From Trichomonas gallinae (taxonomy: Eukaryota): 37,032 nt of DNA. Of this stretch, positions 18,998 through 29,300 are shown piece after piece. The DNA lies in the NCBI GenBank assembly GCA_008369845.1, contig MRSU01002519.1, positions 1 to 37,032 of the forward strand, given 5' to 3'. The stretch's first letter is position 1. Every line of letters starts with the position of its first letter. The notes under the pieces are model-generated. The model was not told where the DNA came from and searched no databases. It saw nothing but the letters and a program-made list of their open reading frames with translations. The translations under genes were made by a program, and so were the position numbers.

Positions 18998-21247
18998 ATG
19001 ACTGAAGGCGCAAAAATTAATCGAGTAAGGATTCATGACCTTGATGTTATCTTCCCATATCCATTGATTTATGAAGAGCAGAAGTATCTCATGGAGCAAG
19101 TAAAACTGTCATTGGATGTAAGAGAACCTTTCATTATTGAATCACCTCCAGGAATTGGCAAATTACTAGCACTATGGGCCGTATATTTGGAATATTTGTG
19201 TGCACATCCAGATTTTGGTCCGATTGTTTACGCCACTGATTCATATCAATCATACTCTCGCTCATTTGATGCGTTTCAAACTATTGTAAAAACTCGCGAA
19301 CAAGACCCAAGTCCATTCAACCAGCAAATTACTGCGATAACTCTAAGCTCAAAGAAATCTCAATGCTTAAATCACGTAGTTCAAACTAGCACCGATATTG
19401 AAGATATGTGCTTCAACTATACATGTTCGTGGTCAAGGAAACATTGTGATTACTTCGGAAATGTTCCAGAAAAATATCCAAGAATTAATAGCATCGATAG
19501 TTTCAACAATCATTGCAAGGAAACCATCTCATGTCCATATTATGCTTCTCGCGCTATTTTACAAAACTTTAAAGTCATTTTCATCTCAAATTCAGAATTA
19601 TTAAATCCAAAATCTTCATCTAGAATCCTCGAAAGACTTCCTGCGACAGCTACTTTCATATTCGACAACGCCCATTACCTCGATAAAGTTTGCTGCGAAA
19701 ATTTAAGCTGCTATTTAACATCAGCTCTTCTTTTAAACGCACAAAGAGAGCTCGACAACTTCAAGAAGCGCGTTGATGCTACAAAAGACGACCAAAAATC
19801 AAAAGATCAATACGAATCCATTGCAAAAGGCATCAAAATCAAAGATATCGTCGAATTGGGTCCAAAGGTTCAAATCCCAGATAAAGAAGGATACGTATAT
19901 TCGACAAAATTCATGCAGCCAATTGTTCCTTCCCATCAAATCGATCGAAATATTTGCGGAACAGTTTGGAACATGGACAATTTCTTATTTAGAGCAAACT
20001 ACCTGCTTAAATTCCTCACGGGTTTGATTAATTCGTGCCAAAATGATGGCAAACCTTCAACATCTTTTACAGCATCACAATTACTTACATTAATATACCA
20101 AGAAATCTTCATTGAACCTCTGGCGTTGTATTTCATGGGTCCTCGTCTTTCCTACTTCATTGCAAGTGAAGGAATTGACGAAGTTCAAGAATTTGCTCCA
20201 CTCTATGCAGTTTTTAACTTTTGCGCAATCTTAGCAACATATAATGACTCTATTTCTGTCCTTGTTGACTTCCACAACCCAATTGAGTCTGAATTAGTTC
20301 CAACAATTCAATTAACTTGCCATGATGCTTCGAACGCCTTCTCAATGATCACAGACAAGTTCAAGAGCTTCTTCATCACGTCATCAGCTCTCTGTGTCCC
20401 AGGTTTCTACCCAATTTTGCTCGGATTCGAACCGAAAACACAAATTGGCTGCGAATTGTTGCCGAGAGATGAAAGAGGCAGCAACAGCGTCAACGCTATG
20501 ACAATTTCCCACGGTAACGATCAACAACCGCTTCATCTCACACCAGCCGATGTATCCAAGAACATAGGTATGGTCAGAAACATAATGAGCTTGATGATAG
20601 AAGCGTCTAAAGTCACTCCAGATGGAATGGTCGCCTTCTTCCCAAGTTTCCAAGTTCTAAATACCATAGTAACAAAATGGAGAAACACGAACCAGCAAGT
20701 TGACCTGTTTAACAACAAACTGGTATTCATTGAAACAGAGGATCCTGTCATCTCAACACTGACACTTGATTCCTTCTACAGAGCCATCGACAACATGAGG
20801 GGCGGCATCTTGATGTGCGTCGCCGGCGGAAGAATCGCTCAGTCTGTTGATTTGAGCAATCACCACTGCAGGACAGCGATTATCTTCGGATATCCAATGG
20901 ACGAAACGTATATGGATCACATACAGCTGAGGGCTGAGTACTTGGACAAGTTCTACCAGTTCCCGCAGTCGAAATACATCAGATGGAATTCGCTTAGAGC
21001 TGCCGTCAGTTCCCTTGACACTATTATACAGTCTAAAGCTGACTTCGCTATGGTACTTCTCGCCGACAAAAGATACTCAGACACAGAGTTCCTTAACGAA
21101 CTATTACCTGTATGGCTGCAGAAGATTCTCACGCCGGATATGGCTGGACAAGGCGTCGAAGAGGCCAAGGAGCAGATGAGGAAATTCTTCAACAAGGCCC
21201 ACTCGTTCATCCCTGACAAGAAGTACAGATATGATGTTAATCTATAA
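18998..21247 (+). CDS. XPD/Rad3-family Fe-S helicase-like protein with degenerate ATPase motifs
   Basis: XPD-like N-terminus DLDVIFPYPLIYEEQKYLMEQVKLSLD, Fe-S cysteines (SSKKSQCLN, DMC, CDYF, CPYY), QLTCHDAS, VTPDGMVAFFPSF, NKLVFIET, RGGILMCVAGG and LADKRY. Length 749 aa, similar to XPD. Confidence 0.9.
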   Translation: MTEGAKINRVRIHDLDVIFPYPLIYEEQKYLMEQVKLSLDVREPFIIESPPGIGKLLALWAVYLEYLCAHPDFGPIVYATDSYQSYSRSFDAFQTIVKTREQDPSPFNQQITAITLSSKKSQCLNHVVQTSTDIEDMCFNYTCSWSRKHCDYFGNVPEKYPRINSIDSFNNHCKETISCPYYASRAILQNFKVIFISNSELLNPKSSSRILERLPATATFIFDNAHYLDKVCCENLSCYLTSALLLNAQRELDNFKKRVDATKDDQKSKDQYESIAKGIKIKDIVELGPKVQIPDKEGYVYSTKFMQPIVPSHQIDRNICGTVWNMDNFLFRANYLLKFLTGLINSCQNDGKPSTSFTASQLLTLIYQEIFIEPLALYFMGPRLSYFIASEGIDEVQEFAPLYAVFNFCAILATYNDSISVLVDFHNPIESELVPTIQLTCHDASNAFSMITDKFKSFFITSSALCVPGFYPILLGFEPKTQIGCELLPRDERGSNSVNAMTISHGNDQQPLHLTPADVSKNIGMVRNIMSLMIEASKVTPDGMVAFFPSFQVLNTIVTKWRNTNQQVDLFNNKLVFIETEDPVISTLTLDSFYRAIDNMRGGILMCVAGGRIAQSVDLSNHHCRTAIIFGYPMDETYMDHIQLRAEYLDKFYQFPQSKYIRWNSLRAAVSSLDTIIQSKADFAMVLLADKRYSDTEFLNELLPVWLQKILTPDMAGQGVEEAKEQMRKFFNKAHSFIPDKKYRYDVNL

Positions 21248-21761
21248 ATAAATAATAGAATTATTAATAATACAACACTTTCACAAAATATTAAATTTTT
21301 AATTCCAAAATAAAAAAACAACCAGAAATTAGTTTTGGAATGAGTTATTTTATCTGTTTATAATTATATTTTATGTTTATTGTCCGCTAAATTTGTAAAT
21401 TAATTGTGATATCAAAAATCATGAAAATATTATGAATGATTCGAAAAATATTGTGCTAATTTTATATATTTGTGGGTAAAATTGGGGTATAGTAATTCTC
21501 ACAGGATGAAATGCAGAAAATTACAAATTCAATTGAAATTTCAAGCGTTTTATATCAATTTTCTTTAACCATTTTATTGCAATTATGGATTTGAAAATTA
21601 GTACATAGACAAAATGATTCGAATTTAATCTTTTCGGAATAAAATCTCCCGTTGATTAGCAAATACTCAATATTCTAATTCCTATTGCTTAGTATTGTAA
21701 TAATTTGCTGTGAAAAAACAAAAAAAAAGTTTAGGTTTTTGCTGTCACTTTTTCATTCGCT

Positions 21762-22673
21762 ATGAGCCGGAGGAGGCCGGCGGGTGGACCACGTAAAGTG
21801 CCCGAAAGACTGCCTGAAATTGAGTCGTTGAGGTTCTACGACAAACTTGGTCAAGGCCATTTCTCAGAAGTCTTTGAAGGTTTATATAAAGATAAATATC
21901 CTGTGGCGATTAAGGTAATTGAGCGTGGCTCTGACCACCTTATCTCTACCGAGGTTCAATTATTACAAACACTTAGAGATTGTCCTCACATTATTCAATT
22001 ATATGAAGTAATTCACGATAAAAATACAGTTTTAGTCTTCGAACTCGTCAAAGCATTAGATACTGATGATTTCTTCGACTACCTTACACCAGAAAACCTG
22101 AAATTCGTACTTAAAGCACTCATCACTGCAACAAAAGCTGCGCATGATAAGAATATTGTCCATAGAGACATCAAATTAGCAAACATTATGATTAAAGAGG
22201 GATTTAAAGATCTCAAACTAATCGATTGGGGCTGTGGAACATATATTACAGATTCGATGTCGCCAAAAGCTGGTTCAAGAACAGTAAGATCACCAGAAAT
22301 GTTACTTGGTTATCGAAACTATGGAACAGGCGGTGATTGCTGGTCTGTTGGCACCTTTATTTTCGATATTCTTACAGACGGAGATATTCCATGGAAATCT
22401 AAGACAAGTGTCGATGTTTTGATACAAATGTCAAAAATATTCGGTGGCCATGAACTTTGCAAGCTTGCCACTCATCTTGATATTAAACCGGATAAAGTTT
22501 TCGTCGATAACATGTATCCTGAACCAACAAGGACACTTGAGCATTATTTCGCAGAGAGCTGCATGGATCTTGTCGATGATAAACTTGTTGATTTAATGAA
22601 GAGGCTTTTAACAATAGATCCTGCAAAAAGATACACCATGGAACAAGCTTTGAACCACTCATATTTCAATTAA
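21762..22673 (+). CDS. CMGC protein kinase, casein kinase II alpha-like (divergent)
   Basis: GQGHFSEV P-loop, VAIK, HRDIKLAN, LIDWG (CK2-type DWG), SPEMLLGYRNY, DCWSVG and LLTIDPAKRYTMEQALNHSYF. Inr-like TCATT lies ~9 nt before the ATG. Confidence 0.9.
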   Translation: MSRRRPAGGPRKVPERLPEIESLRFYDKLGQGHFSEVFEGLYKDKYPVAIKVIERGSDHLISTEVQLLQTLRDCPHIIQLYEVIHDKNTVLVFELVKALDTDDFFDYLTPENLKFVLKALITATKAAHDKNIVHRDIKLANIMIKEGFKDLKLIDWGCGTYITDSMSPKAGSRTVRSPEMLLGYRNYGTGGDCWSVGTFIFDILTDGDIPWKSKTSVDVLIQMSKIFGGHELCKLATHLDIKPDKVFVDNMYPEPTRTLEHYFAESCMDLVDDKLVDLMKRLLTIDPAKRYTMEQALNHSYFN

Positions 22674-22849
22674 AATTAGATATACATTGTTTGTCTGCAT
22701 AAAATATTTTCTTTCATGACATTAACTCTTTACCAATCAAAAACATGCCTGTCACTCTTTTGATAAATTAATATTCTATTGGGAAAAAGGTTAATAAAAC
22801 AATATCTCGACGAATTGTCGTAAATTTCCACTATTTTAAATTTCTAAAT

Positions 22850-23220
22850 ATAATTATATTCTATTTACTTACATGATTTGAGTGTTAATGAAATCAAAGG
22901 CCAAATTCGAATCTTTCAACAAAAAATCAATATTTCACAACATTTGAGATTTATAAGTAGAATTATATTCTGATAACTTACATGATGTGATTTCTAATGA
23001 AATTAAAGGTCAAATTCCAAAATTTCAACGAAATTTCGAAATTTTTTAACATTTGAGATTTCTATTTATAATTATACCTTAATGACTTAGATGATCATAT
23101 TTTAATGATGCCAAAAATTAAATTTTGAAATTTCACAATATTTCATATTTCTAATTCTATTTATATTCTAATGACTTGTATAATATGATTTTTAATGAAA
23201 TTAAAGACTAAATCCCAATA
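22850..23220. repeat. Degenerate ~109-bp tandem repeat, about 3.5 copies
   Basis: ACTTACATGAT-like anchors at 22867, 22976, 23085 and 23174. Shared blocks TAATGAAATYAAAGG, AACATTTGAGATTT and TTATATTCT. Confidence 0.8.
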
Positions 23221-23360
23221 TTTATGCGAATTTTCTAAGTTTCGTATATAAAACAGTTTTTACTCGAAAATTAGAATCAAATGCAGAATTTGGTTATTCA
23301 TGGGAGATTATTTTTACTTTTTTACAAAATTTGACAAAATTCCTTAAAACTTCAAATTTC

Positions 23361-26300
23361 ATGTTTTCCTCCCTCGAATCAATTCTTCAGAAGGTGGAGG
23401 GGGCAGATTTGTTAGTTTTATGGGCGAAATATTACACAGAAGCTTCGTCAATGCCGAAAGAATTTTACTCGGTTTTCCCTCAATTACAGAATATCAGTGG
23501 TTTTTTCGGAAACTTCAAAGAAATCGAGTCGAAATCGATCAAGAAAACCATTTCGAACATTACAGATAAGCATCAACTGTACGATTTGCTTGCAAATAAA
23601 TTTCAACTCGGAAACCCAATAAATAACGACGCCTTAAAAGTATTTGTTTTAATTAATAACCTGCCAAATTCAAAATCCGCTAAGAAATCTGTTGCTTATC
23701 TCTTCGAAAATTGCATAAGAATTTTTATTCAGATTTCGTATCAGATTTACTTGGTGTTAGGACGCATTTTAGAAGAAGGCGCGCCTGTGCCAGAATTTAT
23801 GCATCAATTACATCGCATTGTTTTCTTCTTTTCATTTTTCGAAAATGAACAATTCATGGAATTTTACTTGATTTTAAAGTCCTTATTAAGCCATATATCG
23901 TTTAGATTCGATCAGATACTTGTTTCAGGTTCAACTTCGTCTCTACAAGAAGATATTTTTGCTGTTTTGAATTCTCTTGTTGGTGTATCAAGATCTTACC
24001 TGACTTACAATCCAGGGACCGAATCAATGTGTATTAAGTTTATTACAGACCAATTAGACAAAATTTTTGTAATAATGACTGCTGGACAGTTATCAAAGCA
24101 AATGCTTGTTGCAATTCGGTCCATATTATCATCCGTTGTGCCAGATGTCGGAAATATCATTCCATCTCAATGCAAACAACTCGGTGAAGTCGCTGTTTCA
24201 TTAATCGCGGCAATTGTTAAAGCTTCGAAAATAGAAAACACAGAAATCTATCAATCGGTTCTTATATGTTTGAAATTATTCAATGAAACGTGTAAATACG
24301 ATGAAAATAGTTTACCAAAATATTTATTCTCGTCATTAACGGATTTCATACATTGGTTGATACTTACATCTACATACAAACTCCTGGAAGACGTCGTAGA
24401 TGTACCCGAGCCTTTACCTGTTTTCGATAATTTAGGCCCGCTTTCGAGAGAGGACTATTTTGCCAATCACAATTTGGTCGTTGAGTCCAGGGCTTTGAAT
24501 TTGTCTGAGCGTCTTCAGTCCGTTGCTGAGATAATTTTGCAAATAATTTCGCATTACAAAGATCCTTCGCCTTTCGTTGCCAATCTTATCGAATCTATCA
24601 TAGAACAAGAAGTTAAAATAGAACCTGAGCCATACAAAGCTTATCTCGCTTTCGTTTTATATTTAGTTTCTAGAATCCCAGAAAACATTGTAAATGCAGC
24701 TGTTAACAATAACTGGGACTTTCTTATATCAGAGAAAGCGTTCCCACTCGATACAACGCAAAAATGCGATGTTCACATTCAAAGAACAATTACATCAATT
24801 ACTTGCAGAGCTTTCATCAATTCACCAGAATCAAGACAAACTATACTATCGAGTTTGAATAGTTATTTTGAGAAAAATTCACAATCCGGAATAATTTATT
24901 TTTATAATTTATTAAATTCGTTATTGGTTGTCGCAGACTCCACAGATTTCATTCCTATTCTTACAAGCTCAAAACTTATTCACAAAATTGTATTGATCGC
25001 GCAAGATAATTTAACGATATTCGATTTCTTACGAACATGCATATTTTTGAAGCCATCAACACTTCTCGTGCGTCAAGATATTCTCGATTTTCTCAATGAA
25101 AACTGCGAACGCGATAAATATTCAGATTCAATTGTTTCATTATTTGGAATCGGTTTTTCTTTGTTAGATGACAATACAAATAACTGGACTGTGCTTTCTT
25201 CGCTTCTTAAAAGCACCAGCAAGATTTTAAACACAGTGAATCCTGTTATTGCATTATCAATTATTAATTTTGCCTACGGAAAAGTCAATACATGGCCTTC
25301 TAAACTCATTGACTCATTAGCCTGCAAGAAATTTGTAGAAGCAACAGCAATGATTCCGTTGAATGTTTACTCGATTGAAACTTTTGCAGAAGTTGTTCGT
25401 CATTTAACGGATATTTCAAGGATGAATCCTCAGGTATTCTTCATGTTGACTCAGCCTGACATCACAATTTACGATTCTCTCAAAAAGGCAGCGATTCACA
25501 AAGATGAAGGCGACATTGAACCGATAATCAAGGTTTTATTTGAGTTTTCTTTCTCTTCTCGAACTTCAAAGGGCAATGGTTACTATATAAGGAACTCAAA
25601 AGTGCTTGAAGTAATATTAGAATGGATAAAGAACACAAAACACGAATTAACAATAATACAACAGTTCAATAAGCTCGCAATGAAGTCAATGGGTAACATT
25701 TTCCAGATGAACAAAGCGAAAATTCCAGAATATATTTTAACAAGAATCGAAGAATGCGGAGACAATGTATCTGTTATATCAGAATTCTTGACTTTGTTCT
25801 CACAGCTCTGTATGTATGTGTTTAACACCTCAATTCTCTATGCTGGCATTGAATTAATGAAATCTGTTAATTTTAAGTATCCTAATCTTATTCTGTCGAC
25901 GTTCTTCAGACTAATAACAGACGAACAGTTAACAGGACCAAACAGTTTCTTCCATTTCGATGGAACAGCAACAGGAATATTTGCAGCCGAAACAATTTTC
26001 AACGAAAACGATTGTATGTTTTTATCCGCGAGAATTGACCAGAACCTGGACTTAACAATTCAGCCCCTTGTGTCTATAACCAACGACAACAGCGAGCAAA
26101 TGATAATAAACTTGAATGGGAACAAATTGAATGTGAATTACATGGCACAGAAAGTCATTCAAAAAGCTGACGGTGTTTTAAATATTGAGACGAATTCATG
26201 GTTTTCTTTGGCAATAGTTTTATCGCAGAAAGGAGTCCAAATATATGCAAATGGAAACCCAGACATTCAGCTTCCACCTTTAACATTAGGAAAACGCGCA

Positions 26301-29300
26301 AAGATATATATAGGAAACCTTACGGATTCAATGAATTCAAACGGTTTAATCGGCGACATCGGGCCAGTTGTTATAGTGAGGAATTTAGACCCCCACAAAC
26401 TATCAATCAAAATGTCGACGAATGATATAATAGAGAAATACGGAAATGATGTCGTATTTAGAATTTCTTCTAGAACAACTTTCCAAAACACAGTTTTAAA
26501 CGTCAGCGAGCAATCTCAAGCAGTTCAATTCCGCGGTCAGCCAATCTTCAATGTCTCAACTATATTAGACACACTAAAATCGGTCGCAGCGATTCCGAAC
26601 TTGATGCCATTAATCACAAGACTGTCAATAGGAGAATCAACAACATCAGGAGACAACGGATCTGAAATGTTAATTGCGCTGATCCAGATTTTCGTGAGAT
26701 TGATGCAGAAACATCAAGGCCTTGTGTCTGCTTTCATGGGTATAAAAGGTGCAAAGTTATTATGTGGTTTTCTCGCTAAAGTTGATCCGCTTTATTTCGA
26801 CGAGAGAACTCTCTCAACGATCATGGATTTGTATCACGTCACAAAAGAAAATGACTACTTGACAAGTTTAGTACAAGACTTGTATTTGAGTGTCGACTTC
26901 GTGAGAGCTTTGAAACCTGAACTACAGCAAATGTATTTTATTTCTTTCATCCCAACATTATATAATTCGAACAAAATTCCATTCACATCTTTCCAGACAC
27001 TCGATTTCATGGTCTGCAGAGCCCTTCAACTCACAACACTAGGAATTCCTGTTGCTTCGGCTTATTGGAATTTCATCCTAAAGATGGTCACGCCAACAAC
27101 TTTGCCTGTTTTGATGACGATTTTAATTTCAATCATCGCGAAGTCAACTGACCATAGGATAACCGTTCAAGTCTTAGATTTATACAGTGCCATTTTGGAT
27201 GATGAGAACAGCAAATTATCTAATGTCGTGACTATCTACGACTACTACCTTCCTTTCGTTTATTCACTGATAAATCCGATAGAACATATACAGAGACGAC
27301 TAATTACATTGATTGACAAAATCATTGCACCGCCAGAAAAGCTTGAACAATATGCAATACTTGCCAGTCTCAATCACATCAAGTGCTCCAACCCTTATGC
27401 TTTCTCAAGTTCTTTGTGGAAAGCAATGTCAAACAATCATCCGCAATTATTCCCATTATTAGTCAAATCGATTTACGAACTTCCTGAAGCTAATCGACAA
27501 GTTTTCTATAGTGATGTCATGACAATGATATTCACTAGATGCGAGAAATCAATAATAGACTTAAAGAACTGGTACTTCTGGGTTATATCATTTTCAATGA
27601 TATACCACAACCCGAAGACTCAATTAGACAAAATCATCGAACCATTAATTCCGCTCTTGGATGATGCTTTATTGAGAAAACGCGCTGACGACCTTGCCGA
27701 GATTATTTCAATGATCGGCATCATACAATTCAACTATGGAGTGTCAACGAGAGAATTAAAGAAGAACATATTGATACATATATTGAATGAAGGATCAGGT
27801 TTGTTCAGCGAAGTATTCAAGGATATTTATCCAATTGTTTTAGCAGAAACTTTCAAGTTCATTTTCTTCCACATGAAGATAGACAGTAGATCTGAGTACA
27901 GTTCGTATATACCTTCATATTTATCATCAATGGTCCCAGAATTGAAATTCATGCCAACGGAAATGAAATTCGGAATAAATCAAGACGAAAACGGCTTTTG
28001 GATTGATTTGGATATTGCGAAAGTATTATTGGATAACATACAATATTCAGTTGACTGCAAGATTAAAATATTCAACACACTTGAGATAGATTCGACAGTT
28101 GCTTCTGCTTATATTGCTACGTTAGTTGCAAGATTTAATGAGCAAATATTCAAGAAATCAATCAACGGTTTCTTGTCAGTCTTCAAAGACACTAATTATG
28201 ATGATGCTTATACAGCAGCCTGCTTCATTTATCTTATCTCTAAGAAACTCGGAATTTCATTAGGTGACAATCTAGAGAAGCTGAAAAGGTTTGTTTATTA
28301 CTACACGGATGATGATGACTCGCCAGAATTAAGATACTACATCTTCGAAGAAAGTCTCGAAAAACTGGCCAAAAGCGCTGTCCAAGTTTTATACGCGAAA
28401 GAAAAATCAGACTTAATCAATACAATGCTGAACAGATACTCATCTATTCTACATGTTCCTGACTTGATGAAATTAAAAGACACTCCAGAATCTCCTATTT
28501 TCCTCCAGATCATCAAAACCGCTTCGCCTCAAGTTATCAACCTAATTCAAGGCTCATTCGATAGGATAATGACAAAAACAAAGAGTATCGAACAACAGTC
28601 GTACATGTCTCTTTCCAAGCTCATTAGCTCGTTCATGAGAGAGCTCTCAATATCAGGAGGACCATGGACAGAAAAAGATATTGTCTATCATTACAAAATG
28701 TCACCTTATGTATCATCTAGAGGCCAGAGAGTCATTCTTTCCATCAATCACCACTTCGATGACCACAAGAAGGCTTCTGAATTAAGAGACAGTGGAATAT
28801 CGACGGCAGAAGCCACGCAAAATCTTCCAAGATTCAAAGTCTTCCAGGGATCAACACCTGTCGCGATTAAAACTGAAGGTTTCCACGCCCAAGTCGAATT
28901 AATCACAGAGAAAACAGCAATCTCAGGAATTCTTCAGCACACGAAGAGATTTGTTTACTTCACATCAAAACATGGAGACAAGCAGAAATATCTAGAGTTG
29001 CAGCTTGATGATATCGAATTCATCTTCATTCGCAAGCAAGTTCACCAAGAAACGGCCTGCGAAATATTCATGAACACGAATCGCAGCCACTATTTTATCT
29101 TTTCGTGTGTTGAAGACAGAGCAACTTTCTTCAGATCTGTCAACACCGAATACATCTCGAACAAAGAAGTAGAAGACCCACACAAGTTCTTCTTCTTCAG
29201 TGAATTGAGAAAAGCCAACGTATCAATCGTTCAAACGTTGCCAGCGGCTGATATCGTGAAAGCTTTGAAACTTCCAGAAAAATGGGCGAAATATAAAATC

